A DNA stretch of 64,000 nt from an uncultured Aliivibrio sp. (GCF_946479765.1 NZ_CAMLHO010000018.1:7877-71876), one strand, 5' to 3'. Positions 39,523-49,692 are shown, counted from the first letter of the stretch. Made by a program: numbers and translations. The notes: generated from the letters alone by a model not told the origin.

Positions 39523-40446
39523 CTATTTAGAGGTATCTTTATCCACTTTAAACATTTCAGCAATGCCTGCAATTGATCCCATTAAGCCTGATGCTTCTAA
39601 AGGCAGCATAATTATTTTGCTGTTTTCTGCCTGTCCTATTGATTTTAGAGCTTCTGTATAACCTTGCGCAATAAAGTAATTTACGGCTTGCATATCACCT
39701 TGAGAAATCGCCTCTGATACCATCCTTGTTGCATTAGCTTCTGCTTCTGCGGCACGCTCACGAGCTTCGGCTTTTAAAATTGCGGCTTGTTTATCACCTT
39801 CAGCTTTTAAGATCTCACCTTGCTTGTGACCTTCAGCTTTTAAAATCTCAGCTTGACGTTTACCTTCTGCTTCTAACACATCTGCACGCTTATGACGCTC
39901 GGCCTTCATTTGTGCATTCATTGCCGCAGTAAGATCCGCTGGTGGCTGAACATCTTTAATTTCGATACGAGTAATTTTTACGCCCCAAGGGTTTGTTGCA
40001 GCATCAACAATTGCCAATAGCTTCACGTTAATCATATCTCGTTGGCTTAGCATTTCATCTAATTCCATCGAACCAAGAACGGTACGCATATTGGTTAATG
40101 TTAAGTTACGAATTGCGTGTTGAAGATCACTTACTTCATAAGCGGCTTTTGCAGCATCAACCACTTGAACAAAACATACGGCATCAATAGTAACGTTGGC
40201 ATTATCTTTTGAGATCACTTCTTGAGCTGGAATATCAAGAACCTGCTCCATCATATTGATCTTTTGACCAATCTTATCAATAAATGGAATGATCAAATTT
40301 AAACCTGGTTGTAATGTTTGCGTGTATCGACCAAATCGCTCTACCGTCCAGTTGTGACCTTGAGGTACGGTTTTTACACCAAGTGCGATTAATACCAGAA
40401 CTAAAAACACCAGAACCCCAATGGTTATTAACGTATCATATGCCAT
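39523..40446 (-). CDS. qmcA: SPFH/band-7 (stomatin/QmcA-like) protein
   Basis: N-terminal TM, an SPFH core, and a C-terminal repeat-rich coiled coil ([30 protein letters not shown]). Confidence 0.8.
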   Translation of the reverse strand: MAYDTLITIGVLVFLVLVLIALGVKTVPQGHNWTVERFGRYTQTLQPGLNLIIPFIDKIGQKINMMEQVLDIPAQEVISKDNANVTIDAVCFVQVVDAAKAAYEVSDLQHAIRNLTLTNMRTVLGSMELDEMLSQRDMINVKLLAIVDAATNPWGVKITRIEIKDVQPPADLTAAMNAQMKAERHKRADVLEAEGKRQAEILKAEGHKQGEILKAEGDKQAAILKAEARERAAEAEANATRMVSEAISQGDMQAVNYFIAQGYTEALKSIGQAENSKIIMLPLEASGLMGSIAGIAEMFKVDKDTSK

Positions 40447-40681
40447 TATTTCTCTTCCTTGTCTAATTGATAATTATCTAACTATATTCGCTCTTTACGA
40501 ATAAACGTTTATTTTTTAATCATACCTAATTTTGTTATAAATATACGGACACGCACGGCAGTATTAACAAAAAATAAGATCCACCTCTTGCAATATAATT
40601 CTTACTATTGATTGCGTACCTCTGCTCAAAATTAAATATCGCTTGCGGTGCTTTCAAGACTGGCCTTATCTCTTAAAAATG

Positions 40682-40721
40682 AAAAATCCTCGTAACAAAT
40701 CATTGCTACGAGGATTTTTTT
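40682..40721 (-). terminator. Rho-independent terminator (for the DHH gene)
   Basis: ATCCTCGTA-N12-TACGAGGAT with flanking A/T tracts. Confidence 0.75.
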
Positions 40722-40746
40722 ACACATAAATGACTATTCTTTTGAA

Positions 40747-41679
40747 TTAACCATCTTGTGTTATTGCTGTAATTAATTGTTGCTGAACTTCATCAGCTTG
40801 AGTTACTGAGATCTGACACGTTCCCGCAGCGACATGACCGCCTCCGCCATTTGCTAACATTAACGCGCCAACATTGGTTTTTGAAGAACGATCAAAAATG
40901 GATTTACCCGTAGCAAACACGATATTTTGTTTTTGGAAGCCCCACATTTTATGTATTGATATATTACATTGAGGGAACAGCGCATAAATAATAAAACGGT
41001 TAGATGCATAAATAGTCTCTTCATTCGTGAGATCTAATAACACCAAATTATCATGCTGCGTTGCGCAACGTAAAATCTGTTCCTTGCTCTTTTCCTCATG
41101 TTCAAAATACAGTTCAATACGCTCTTTTACATCAGGTAGATCTAAGATCTGCTCGATTGAATTGTTTTTACAGCACTCAATCAAATCCATCATTAAATTG
41201 TAGTTAGACACACGGAACTCATGAAAACGACCTAAACCAGTACGAGCATCCATTAAGAAATTAAGTAAATTCCAACCCGATGCATTAAGCACCTCATCTT
41301 GATTGAATTGAGCGGAATCCCCTTTATCAACGGCTTCCATCATATCTTGCCATTCTTTAGGAAAACACTCTAAGCCACCATAATAATCCCACACGACACG
41401 CGCTGCCGAGGGAGCATCTGGATCAATGATATGATTTGGACGATCACCCGTATTACGGATTGTCTCAGATAAATGATGATCGAAAATCAAATGAGCTTTT
41501 TCAACATAAGGAAGGTTCGTTACAATGTCGTTTTCAGTGATTTCAATAATACCATCTTGCATATCCTTCGGATGAACAAACTTAATATCATCTATCAGAT
41601 CCATATCTTTCAATAAAATCGCACATACTAACCCATCAAAATCACTACGGGTGATCAGACGACGTTTTTTCTCAAACAT
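40747..41679 (-). CDS. DHH-superfamily phosphoesterase (NrnB/exopolyphosphatase-like)
   Basis: Motifs SDFDGLVC and LIFDHHLSE (DHH), with a GGGGH-like GGGGHVAAG near the C-terminus. Confidence 0.7.
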   Translation of the reverse strand: MFEKKRRLITRSDFDGLVCAILLKDMDLIDDIKFVHPKDMQDGIIEITENDIVTNLPYVEKAHLIFDHHLSETIRNTGDRPNHIIDPDAPSAARVVWDYYGGLECFPKEWQDMMEAVDKGDSAQFNQDEVLNASGWNLLNFLMDARTGLGRFHEFRVSNYNLMMDLIECCKNNSIEQILDLPDVKERIELYFEHEEKSKEQILRCATQHDNLVLLDLTNEETIYASNRFIIYALFPQCNISIHKMWGFQKQNIVFATGKSIFDRSSKTNVGALMLANGGGGHVAAGTCQISVTQADEVQQQLITAITQDG

Positions 41680-41906
41680 AAAGCATCCTTTGTAAAGGTC
41701 ATTGTTACTTTAACTTAAGTATATCATTCTCTTTATAGATAACTAGCATAACCTTATCTGAAAAATTAATTTAATCAAACCTCTTCACTTGCTGCTTTTA
41801 TAAGCATAAAAAGTGTGATCTTCCTTGCTTTTTTACCCTCTTCTCTTTACTCTGCTTTCCATTAGGCAAATCTTATTTTGCTTCTACTTGTTTATAGGAA
41901 ATCACC

Positions 41907-43295
41907 TTGAGCCAAACCTCTTTCTCATCATTAGATCTGAACCCATCTCTTCTACAAAACCTAGATACTTTAGGCTATACAGAGATGACTCCAATTCAAG
42001 CTCAAAGCTTACCATTCATGCTGAAAGGGAAAGATGTCATTGCCCAAGGGAAAACGGGTTCAGGTAAAACAGCAGCGTTTGGTTTAGGCCTACTAGCGAA
42101 CCTAGATGTAAAACGTTTTCGCGTTCAATCTCTGGTTCTTTGCCCTACGCGTGAACTTGCTGACCAAGTTGCAGTAGAAATCCGTAAGCTTGCTCGCTCT
42201 ATCCATAATATCAAAGTACTGACTTTATGTGGAGGTGTTCCATTTGGCCCACAAATCGGTTCTCTTGAGCACGGTGCACACATCATCGTTGGTACGCCAG
42301 GTCGTGTTGAAGAGCACCTACGTAAAGGCTACCTAAATTTAGATAACCTAAATACGTTTGTTCTTGATGAAGCTGACCGTATGTTAGAAATGGGCTTCCA
42401 AGACGCGATTGACCTTGTATTGGATCACGCACCAACTAAACGTCAAAACCTACTGTTCAGTGCAACGTTCCCACCACAAATTAAATCGATTGCTGATCGC
42501 ATCATGAATGATCCAATCATGACAAAGGCAGAAGACAACGTTGAAAATACGTCTATCGAGCAGCATTTCTACAAAGTAGACGATTTTGAAGACCGTTTAA
42601 AAGCACTTCAAATCCTACTACTTAAGCACCGTCCTGAATCAACAGTGATCTTCTGTAATACAAAACGTGTTACTCAAGAAGTTGCTGATGAGTTGCGCCA
42701 CTTTGAATTCAGCGTAACCGCTCTTCACGGTGATTTAGAGCAACGTGACCGTGATAAAGCATTGGTTCGTTTTGCTAACAAGAGTACGTCTATCTTAGTT
42801 GCAACAGACGTTGCTGCTCGTGGTCTTGATATCGAATCTCTAGATGCAGTAATCAACTTTGAATTATCTCGTGATCCTGAAGTTCACGTTCACCGTATCG
42901 GTCGTACTGGCCGTGCTGGTAAAAAAGGCATCGCATTAAGCTTATTCAATAACAAAGAAACGAATAGCTTTGCTCAAATTGAAGATTACATGAGCATGAC
43001 TATTAATGACGAGCCACTTCCAGGCGAAGAGCACCTAAGCGAACAACCTCATTTCCCTGAGATGATCACGCTTTGGATCGACGGCGGTAAGAAAAACAAA
43101 TTACGTCCTGGTGACATTCTTGGCGCTCTTACTGGTAAAGACGGCGTTGACGGCAAGAAAGTAGGTAAAATCAATGTATTTGATTTCCACGCTTATGTTG
43201 CTGTTCATAGCTCAATTGCCAAAGCAGCACTAGATAAAATCGCAACAGGTAAAATGAAAGGTCGTACATTCCGTGTAAGCCGTATGCGCGGCTAA
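41907..43295 (+). CDS. dbpA: ATP-dependent DEAD-box RNA helicase DbpA
   Basis: Q-motif, GKTGSGKT, DEAD, SAT and [10 protein letters not shown], plus a C-terminal DbpA RNA-binding domain. A TTG start is forced by an in-frame TAG 12 nt upstream and is preceded by AGGAA. Confidence 0.85.
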   Translation: MSQTSFSSLDLNPSLLQNLDTLGYTEMTPIQAQSLPFMLKGKDVIAQGKTGSGKTAAFGLGLLANLDVKRFRVQSLVLCPTRELADQVAVEIRKLARSIHNIKVLTLCGGVPFGPQIGSLEHGAHIIVGTPGRVEEHLRKGYLNLDNLNTFVLDEADRMLEMGFQDAIDLVLDHAPTKRQNLLFSATFPPQIKSIADRIMNDPIMTKAEDNVENTSIEQHFYKVDDFEDRLKALQILLLKHRPESTVIFCNTKRVTQEVADELRHFEFSVTALHGDLEQRDRDKALVRFANKSTSILVATDVAARGLDIESLDAVINFELSRDPEVHVHRIGRTGRAGKKGIALSLFNNKETNSFAQIEDYMSMTINDEPLPGEEHLSEQPHFPEMITLWIDGGKKNKLRPGDILGALTGKDGVDGKKVGKINVFDFHAYVAVHSSIAKAALDKIATGKMKGRTFRVSRMRG

Positions 43296-43312
43296 TACCG
43301 AATACAAAATAA

Positions 43313-43353
43313 GTAACATCAACTAGCGCTATAAATCGCTTAGTTGATGTTAC
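43313..43353 (+). terminator. Long hairpin downstream of dbpA
   Basis: GTAACATCAACTAGCG...CGCTTAGTTGATGTTAC, an approximately 17-bp stem. Confidence 0.5.
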
Positions 43354-43356
43354 ATA

Positions 43357-43396
43357 CAAAAAAGGCCGAGTAGATGATTTCTACTCGGCCTTTTTT
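43357..43396. terminator. Bidirectional Rho-independent terminator
   Basis: AAAAAAGGCCGAGTAG-N7-CTACTCGGCCTTTTTT between convergent dbpA and the MFS gene. Confidence 0.85.
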
Positions 43397-43416
43397 AATT
43401 GCAATAAGTTCTAGCT

Positions 43417-44619
43417 TTACACCGCCAGTGGCATTTCGCTTGATGGCGGAATTGAATGCACTTTACGTAACCCATACACCGCAAGCAGTGACATTAGGAA
43501 CATAATCAATCCAACGGGCATTTGACTGTTCGCTGGGATCATTGACGCGACCATTGTTGCTAAGCCCGCGCCTAGGTTTTGCATACCACCTAATAATGCC
43601 CCCGCTGTGCCTGCATGTTGTGGGAAGGGTGATAATGCCCCCGTTGTAGCTGCCGGGAATAAAATACCTGACCCCAAGAAATACAAGACTGCACCACCAA
43701 TCAATGTTGGTGCTGTTGTTAATCCCATCACACCAGGAACCAACACAATGGTTGCCCCAAGTACAATTGATACTAATCCCACATCCAATGATTTCTTCTC
43801 AGACCAACGTTTTGCAATCACACTTGATAATGCCGCGCCAGCCAAGTAGCCCGGAATAGGTAAAATAAATAGAATACTTACGGTTGTTGCAGGGAGTTTA
43901 AGTTTACCACCCAATAACACACCCGCTGCCGCTTCAAATACAGCAACACCAGCGAACGTGGCCACTAAGCAGATCAAATACCCTTGGAAGCGATGTTCTG
44001 ATAATACATGGCGATAACTTTTCCACACTGGCTCTTTACGGCGCACTTCTAATGGCAACGTTTCTTTCATTGATGTTGTCATAATGATCAATACCGCAAT
44101 ACTGAACAAAGCCAAGAATAAGTAACTTGAACGCCAACCAAAGGCTTCTGTTAAATAACCACCTAACACTGGAGCCAAAAGTGGTGAAAACATCATACAC
44201 ATACTGATAATACTGTTGGTTCTATGTAACTCTTCACCAGAGAAACAATCTCTCGGGATCGTACGACACATGACTCCAGCCGCACCAATACCTAAGCCTT
44301 GTACAAAACAGCCCATTAAAAAGAACGTGTAATCATGAGAAAACAACGCAAATAGTGTGCCTGCAATATATAAAACAAGACCAGACAAAATCACTACACG
44401 ACGACCAATTCGATCAGACAGAGGCCCATAAAAAAATTGTGATAAACCATAAGGAATTAAATACACAGCCATAACTGCTTGTAATGATGCAGGGCTTACT
44501 TTGAATTCACTTGCCATGTAACCAATAGAGGGTACATACATAGTTTGGCTCATTTGACCAACAGCAACTAAAATAACGATCAGGAAACTGAACGTCGCAA
44601 GTGAAAACGACTTTTGCAT
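43417..44619 (-). CDS. MFS transporter, Bcr/CflA drug-resistance subfamily
   Basis: 12-TM protein with MFS motif A GPLSDRIGRR. Confidence 0.8.
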   Translation of the reverse strand: MQKSFSLATFSFLIVILVAVGQMSQTMYVPSIGYMASEFKVSPASLQAVMAVYLIPYGLSQFFYGPLSDRIGRRVVILSGLVLYIAGTLFALFSHDYTFFLMGCFVQGLGIGAAGVMCRTIPRDCFSGEELHRTNSIISMCMMFSPLLAPVLGGYLTEAFGWRSSYLFLALFSIAVLIIMTTSMKETLPLEVRRKEPVWKSYRHVLSEHRFQGYLICLVATFAGVAVFEAAAGVLLGGKLKLPATTVSILFILPIPGYLAGAALSSVIAKRWSEKKSLDVGLVSIVLGATIVLVPGVMGLTTAPTLIGGAVLYFLGSGILFPAATTGALSPFPQHAGTAGALLGGMQNLGAGLATMVASMIPANSQMPVGLIMFLMSLLAVYGLRKVHSIPPSSEMPLAV

Positions 44620-44942
44620 GACTGCTCTCCGAAAAACAGCAAAATATTAATTATATAAGTCAAATTAATGTATTTATCTTATTAATTAATGGTAAATTTG
44701 AATAAGTAGAGACCTAATTATCTCAGCTCTAAGGCGCGAGATAATAAGGCGATTATATAAAACTGGCAATCAAATTTAGCGGTATTTCAGGAGAGATTTT
44801 TTATACAATTTAGATTAGTTTTACTAATGCAAAGCTAAATGATAAAAAACGATGACGTTTACATTTAACTACGGAAAAAAAGATCAGTATTGATACACCA
44901 ATACTACTGCTAAAAAACCGTTTTAAGCCATACGACAGGCAC

Positions 44943-44972
44943 AAAAAAGCCAGCGACAACTGGCTGGCTTTT
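44943..44972 (-). terminator. Rho-independent terminator after rhlE
   Basis: AAGCCAG-N10-CTGGCTT with flanking A and T runs. Confidence 0.65.
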
Positions 44973-45018
44973 AAATCTATTCACTGATTAAGCGTAAGCT
45001 CAATCTAAGTTGATTATC

Positions 45019-46512
45019 TTATTGTTGTGGCTGTGGCTTACGAACAGGGCGTGGACCTTGACGACGCGGTTTTGTCGCATCTGTTTTTGGTTTTCCACTA
45101 CCGAAGTTACTGCCATTACCACGGTTCTCACCATTGCCTTTAGACCTAGGTTTACCACCATCAGTAGGACGTTTCTTAGCATTACCGTCCTCTTTCTTAG
45201 CAGCGCCACCTTCTTTGTTCTCTGTATTACGTCTTGGTGCAGGTTTAGCACCTTGTCTATGGCCACTGCGGTTTTCGCCAGAACGTTGACCATCTTTATG
45301 CTCTACACGTGGTGCGTTTGTTTTCTTTGTTTTTTTTGCTTTAATAGGGCGAGAGTCCAATCTAGACTCAGGCACTTTCATTTCAGGTTCAAAACCCTCA
45401 AGAACATGACGAGGTAAGATTTTTTGAATCAAACGCTCAATCGCGAATAACTCGCTTGCTTCATCTTCACTCACAAAAGAAATCGCTTTACCCGTTGCGC
45501 CAGCACGACCAGTACGGCCGATACGGTGAACGTAATCTTCAGGTACTTTTGGTAAATCAACGTTGATTACTTGAGGAAGTTGCTCAATATCTAGACCACG
45601 AGCAGCAATATCTGTCGCTACTAATACACGAACTTGACCGCTCTTGAAGTTAGCTAATGCTTTCGTACGTGCACCTTGGCTCTTATTGCCGTGGATAGCC
45701 GCAGAGCTAATGCCTTTTTCTTCAAGCGTTTTTGCTAAACGGTTTGCACCGTGTTTAGTTTTACTGAAAACCAATACTTGTTTCCAGTCATGGTCTTTAA
45801 TTAGCTTAGTAAGAACACGTGCTTTTTTAGTCTTATCTACAACATAAACTGATTGCTCAACCGTTTCTGCTGTTGTGTTACGCGTTGCTACTGAAATCTC
45901 AACAGGGTTATTTACAAGCCCTTTCGCTAACTGACGGATCTCATCAGAAAACGTTGCAGAGAAAAGTAAGTTTTGACGATTCTTAGGTAACTTAGCTAAG
46001 ATTTTTTTAATGTCATGAATAAAGCCCATATCTAACATACGGTCAGCTTCATCCAGAACTAGAATTTCTAGTTGGTCGAATTTAATCGCGTTTTGGTTAG
46101 CAAGATCTAATAAACGACCAGGCGTTGCAACCAATACATCTACACCCTTACGAAGACGTTGCATTTGTGGGTTAGCTTTAACGCCACCAAAAACCACATC
46201 AGAAGTAAGAGGAAGGTTTACGCTGTATTTTTCAACACTCTCATGTACTTGCGCAGCAAGCTCACGAGTAGGCGTTAAGATTAATGCACGAACTTGGTTA
46301 AACTTAAGTTTCTGGCCTTTTGATAAACGTTCAAGAAGAGGAAGTGTAAAGCCTGCTGTTTTACCGGTCCCTGTTTGAGCTGCCGCCATAACATCCTTCC
46401 CTTCAATTACCGCTGGAATCGCTTGTAATTGGATAGGTGAAGGTGTGCTGTAACCTTGTGCTTCTACAGCTTTTAAAATAGGGGCAGATAAGCCCAGAGA
46501 GGTAAAACCCAT
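45019..46512 (-). CDS. rhlE: ATP-dependent DEAD-box RNA helicase RhlE with basic low-complexity tail
   Basis: MGFTSLGLS..., [15 protein letters not shown] and [10 protein letters not shown], with a C-terminal K/R/G/N-rich tail of about 120 aa. Start moved from 46548 to 46512. Confidence 0.9.
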   Translation of the reverse strand: MGFTSLGLSAPILKAVEAQGYSTPSPIQLQAIPAVIEGKDVMAAAQTGTGKTAGFTLPLLERLSKGQKLKFNQVRALILTPTRELAAQVHESVEKYSVNLPLTSDVVFGGVKANPQMQRLRKGVDVLVATPGRLLDLANQNAIKFDQLEILVLDEADRMLDMGFIHDIKKILAKLPKNRQNLLFSATFSDEIRQLAKGLVNNPVEISVATRNTTAETVEQSVYVVDKTKKARVLTKLIKDHDWKQVLVFSKTKHGANRLAKTLEEKGISSAAIHGNKSQGARTKALANFKSGQVRVLVATDIAARGLDIEQLPQVINVDLPKVPEDYVHRIGRTGRAGATGKAISFVSEDEASELFAIERLIQKILPRHVLEGFEPEMKVPESRLDSRPIKAKKTKKTNAPRVEHKDGQRSGENRSGHRQGAKPAPRRNTENKEGGAAKKEDGNAKKRPTDGGKPRSKGNGENRGNGSNFGSGKPKTDATKPRRQGPRPVRKPQPQQ

Positions 46513-46687
46513 ACTAAAATTTACTCTATCAATGTTCATTAAGCGCAAAACTGCGAGCGCTGTAGGATACAGTAACTGAGAGATTACTCAACGTTTGATT
46601 ACTACAACCAGTAAAAGTTCAATTATTTCAACCTAATAATAACAATATTATACCAATATAATTAATTAGATATAAACATTACAGCCA

Positions 46688-46716
46688 TAAAAAACCGAGC
46701 AAAATAGCTCGGTTTA
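46688..46716 (-). terminator. Rho-independent terminator after the YebC-family gene
   Basis: AACCGAGC-N6-GCTCGGTT followed (minus strand) by TTTTTT. Confidence 0.8.
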
Positions 46717-46741
46717 TTTGAATCTAATTCAACAACGTCGA

Positions 46742-47464
46742 TTAGTCTTCTAATTCTGCGTTGTGATAAACCTGTTGTACGTCATCACAATCGTCTAGTA
46801 GATCTAAGAATTTTTGGAATTTCTCAGCATCTTCACCCGTGATTTCCATCGGGTTTTGAGGAACAAACGTAATTTCTTCCACATCTACCACTAAATCAGG
46901 GTACTCAGCAGACAAGGCTGTTTTCACTTTAAAGAACTCAGTGTGTGGTGCGAATACCGTGATCACGCCATCTTCAAGTTCAATATCTGTCACATCAACG
47001 TCTTGCATCATTAATGCTTCAAGTACAGCTTCTTCATCTTCGCCTTTAAACTGGAATACAGCTTGGTGGTCAAACATGTGAGAACTTGTACCTGGGCTAC
47101 CAATTTTAGCACCCGTTTTAACGAAACATTGGCGAACGTCTTGGAAAGTACGGTTACCATTATCTGTTAAGCAATCAACGATTACGCTTGCACCGCCTGG
47201 AGCAAAACCTTCGTAACGAGCGTGTTGGTAATCTTCACCACCGCCGCCGTTTGCTTTATCAATTGCTTTATCAATGATGTGTGTAGGCACCTGATCTTTT
47301 TTCGCTTTCGAAATAAGATGCTTTAGAGACAAGTTCATGTCTGGATCAGGACCGCCATTCTTAGCACACATGTAAATTTCTTTACCGTATTTAGAATAAA
47401 CTTTGATTTTTGCGCCTTGTGTTTTAGCCATTGAAGACTTGCGCACTTCAAAACTTCTTCCCAT
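46742..47464 (-). CDS. YebC/PmpR-family DNA-binding transcriptional regulator
   Basis: Family block [23 protein letters not shown] and an overall length of 240 aa. Confidence 0.85.
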   Translation of the reverse strand: MGRSFEVRKSSMAKTQGAKIKVYSKYGKEIYMCAKNGGPDPDMNLSLKHLISKAKKDQVPTHIIDKAIDKANGGGGEDYQHARYEGFAPGGASVIVDCLTDNGNRTFQDVRQCFVKTGAKIGSPGTSSHMFDHQAVFQFKGEDEEAVLEALMMQDVDVTDIELEDGVITVFAPHTEFFKVKTALSAEYPDLVVDVEEITFVPQNPMEITGEDAEKFQKFLDLLDDCDDVQQVYHNAELED

Positions 47465-47557
47465 CGGAATTCTCTCTTTGTTATTTATGGACTTAAAAAT
47501 TATCGGCAGATTCTACCAAATTACTAAGGTGATACGCTAGTAAAGATCAAGGAACCT

Positions 47558-47764
47558 TTACGCTACGCCCATTTTTGACTTGTATTTTTCAATAGATTGC
47601 TGAAAAAACAGACGTTCAGCCTCATCTTCAAGCTTATTTGCCTCTGTTATCCAAAGGTCAGGGCCTGCTTTGGCATTTTTTACCTTCCAAACATAGAACG
47701 CAGCTTGTTTATCGAGTTCAATTTTATTTTTTTCTTGAGGAGGAAGTAACGACAGGTTTTTCAT
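47558..47764 (-). CDS. Hypothetical small protein (68 aa)
   Basis: ORF only, with no recognisable motif. Confidence 0.35.
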   Translation of the reverse strand: MKNLSLLPPQEKNKIELDKQAAFYVWKVKNAKAGPDLWITEANKLEDEAERLFFQQSIEKYKSKMGVA

Positions 47765-47899
47765 AACACGCTCATTTAATTAATTACACGCTATAACTTG
47801 TTATAAAGTGTAATGCTTCATCATTATATTATCTAGATCTAAAACAGCAAACTCCATTTCTTACAGGCAACAAAAATGGGGTCTGTCGCATTTAGATTG

Positions 47900-47937
47900 C
47901 AACTTTTCTAAAAATTAGATCTCGAACCTCGATGTTT
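47900..47937 (+). repeat. Direct repeat copy A (CAACTTTTCTAAAAATTAG + 19 bp)
   Basis: 19-bp identical core plus about 14 of 19 further matches with copy B at 48556-48593. Confidence 0.85.
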
Positions 47938-47972
47938 TTTAAAAGTATCTATATTGCTTAATTTCCTCTTTA

Positions 47973-48000
47973 TGTATTACACTGTATACAATGCAATACA
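47973..48000. promoter_or_regulatory. Candidate TA autoregulatory operator (28-bp imperfect palindrome)
   Basis: TGTATTACACTGTA|TACAATGCAATACA is symmetric at 12 of 14 positions and lies 19 bp upstream of the antitoxin ATG. Confidence 0.5.
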
Positions 48001-48018
48001 TAAAATTGGAGATTTAAC

Positions 48019-48258
48019 ATGCCATCAATGTCAGTGCCAATTCCTGATAGTTTAGAACAACAACTATCTTACCTAGCTGAATCAACAGGTAGAACAAAAT
48101 CATGGTTAGCAAAACAAGCTCTTCAAGATTATTTAGAAAAAGAGTCATGGCATATAGCAGAAATAAATAAGGCACTAAAAGAAGCTGATTTAGGCGACTT
48201 TGCTTCAAATGAAGAAGTGTCATTTATTTTTAATAAATGGGGCGTAAATGAAGATTAA
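48019..48258 (+). CDS. Ribbon-helix-helix (CopG/ParD-like) antitoxin
   Basis: 79 aa. N-terminal RHH pattern (SVPIPDSLEQQLSYLAESTGRTKSWLAKQAL), overlapping the toxin gene by 11 nt. Confidence 0.75.
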   Translation: MPSMSVPIPDSLEQQLSYLAESTGRTKSWLAKQALQDYLEKESWHIAEINKALKEADLGDFASNEEVSFIFNKWGVNED

Positions 48259-48532
48259 ATGGCTAAATACAGCTTTGGTCAATCTTGATTCAACAGCAAC
48301 TTATTTATATGAACGAAATCCGAATTCAGCAGACGTCTTTATTCGAGAAGTAAAAAGTTTAACAGAGCACCTTAAAGAGCAACCATCATTAGGGAGAAAG
48401 GGAAGAGTATTTGGAACTAGAGAGCTTATATTAACTAATTTTCCTTATATAATTCCTTATCGAATAAAAGATGATAATGTTGAAATATTAAGAGTATTTC
48501 CAACAAAAATGAAATTACCAAAGAAGTGGTGA
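48248..48532 (+). CDS. RelE/ParE-family toxin
   Basis: 94 aa. ParE-like features (...GRKGRVFGTRELILTNFPYIIPYRIKDDNVEILRVF) and the canonical antitoxin-toxin order. Confidence 0.75.
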   Translation: MKIKWLNTALVNLDSTATYLYERNPNSADVFIREVKSLTEHLKEQPSLGRKGRVFGTRELILTNFPYIIPYRIKDDNVEILRVFPTKMKLPKKW

Positions 48533-48555
48533 GATCGTTGCCATAATCAGAATTA

Positions 48556-48593
48556 CAACTTTTCTAAAAATTAGCTCTCAAAGCTCAATATTT
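48556..48593 (+). repeat. Direct repeat copy B
   Basis: See copy A. It begins 24 bp after the toxin stop. Confidence 0.85.
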
Positions 48594-48773
48594 ATCATTT
48601 TGTATCCTTAGTTATGAATTTTCGGGTTTCCGTGTTTTTCAATACCCAGTAAAGATGGTTCAGGCATTAGGTTGGAAATCATACACCGGTGCTTTTACGC
48701 GCTCGCTGCATAATAGTTTCTGGCATTTGGCATATTTGTACTGAACCAAAACTTTGCGACAGACAACAAAAAT

Positions 48774-48805
48774 GCGCCATAAATAGACGCATTAATAATA
48801 AAACA
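48774..48805 (-). terminator. Rho-independent terminator of the 48834-49028 gene; its T-tract is the direct-repeat sequence
   Basis: The minus strand reads AATGCG-TCTATTTATGG-CGCATT followed by TTTGTTG. Confidence 0.55.
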
Positions 48806-48833
48806 GTGAAGGTATGAAGGTAGAACTTAAAAA

Positions 48834-49028
48834 TTAATGAATAAGACCTAAGTCTTTGGCTTCTGAAAGCGTAAGGCCACTTTCTCTGATTTCTAGCATT
48901 GCTTCAATACGACGACGTGCTGCTACTCTTTTCTGACACTCTGCAATATTTGTTACTACTTCATCGGCAATTTCATACTTGCCTTTCATATCGGTGATGT
49001 CACTGTGATCAATAGAATTAATAGACAT
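48834..49028 (-). CDS. Small hypothetical protein (64 aa) with an RRRIE...L motif
   Basis: ORF with an adjacent AGGAGG-like SD (AGGAGGTTATT ATG). AARRRIEAMLEIRE resembles a small conserved gammaproteobacterial protein family, recalled from memory only. Confidence 0.5.
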   Translation of the reverse strand: MSINSIDHSDITDMKGKYEIADEVVTNIAECQKRVAARRRIEAMLEIRESGLTLSEAKDLGLIH

Positions 49029-49324
49029 AATAACCTCCTAAATCCATACCCTTCAGATGTATGTTTAGCAAAGCAGATTACACTTGTTAAACCTATTTAT
49101 TCCATAATGTGACCTAAGTTCGATTTGTGGTTTTTTTCCCAAAAAACACTATCTTTAATTATATCAATTGAACTACATTTAAGGTTCTACCCTAAAGAAA
49201 ATAGACTGCGCAACATCACTTTCAACTCCCCTCTTTTTTACCTATTTCTTTTTGCTCTATTTGATTTTATCGTTCGAGATATCTCCTGAACTGAGTTATT
49301 CTAGCTCATATATTTACAAAAATA

Positions 49325-49690
49325 ATGAAATCTATGACCATCAACGCTATCGACATCACCGTTCTTACTGAATCATCCTCTACAGAGTCACTATTAACAA
49401 CAGCATCATCTAATGCCGCATCTGGTATCACTTGTGAGAATTGCCAAGCCTGCTGCTGTAAATTAGAGGTGATGATCATTACCGACACTGGCGTACCAGA
49501 GCAGTACATCGACCGTGATGAATGGGGAAGTGAAGTAATGCTACGCCTAGAAGATGGTTGGTGTGCCGCCGTGGATCGCGACACCCTAATGTGTACTATT
49601 TATGAAAACCGACCGTGGATCTGCCGTGAGTTTGAAATGGCCTCTTACGAATGCGAAGAAGAACGCAAAGAGCAAGGTATCGATAAATAA
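49325..49690 (+). CDS. YkgJ-family cysteine-cluster protein (UPF0153)
   Basis: CENCQACCC...C...C pattern typical of the family. Confidence 0.7.
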   Translation: MKSMTINAIDITVLTESSSTESLLTTASSNAASGITCENCQACCCKLEVMIITDTGVPEQYIDRDEWGSEVMLRLEDGWCAAVDRDTLMCTIYENRPWICREFEMASYECEEERKEQGIDK

Positions 49691-49692
49691 TG

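Larger units (their letters stand above)
47879..48764. mobile_element. Putative non-autonomous inserted cassette carrying an RHH/ParE toxin-antitoxin pair
   Basis: Perfect 10-bp terminal inverted repeats GTCTGTCGCA (47881-47890) and TGCGACAGAC (48755-48764). They are flanked by the 11-bp direct repeat CAACAAAAATG (47868-47878 and 48764-48774). Confidence 0.45.

Noticed and set aside
41825-42067. 80-aa plus-strand ORF overlapping the dbpA start
   Set aside because: It is out of frame with the well-supported dbpA reading frame (Q-motif and Walker A follow directly) and has no SD.
45000-45417. ORFs 45000-45293 (-) and 45010-45417 (+) overlapping the rhlE 3' end
   Set aside because: They lie in alternative frames of the low-complexity, purine/pyrimidine-skewed RhlE tail and have no independent signals.
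47900-48593. Chromosomal integron cassette array around the TA genes
   Set aside because: The repeated 38-bp sequence is AT-rich and non-palindromic, so it is not attC-like. Only one cassette-like unit is present and no integrase gene is visible.
48594-48754. Possible gene remnant between the ParE stop and the right inverted repeat
   Set aside because: The minus-strand frame gives only a ~25-codon fragment (…KYAKCQKLLCSERVKAPVYDFQPNA) with no start and no motif I can identify. A decayed-transposase claim cannot be supported without a database search.
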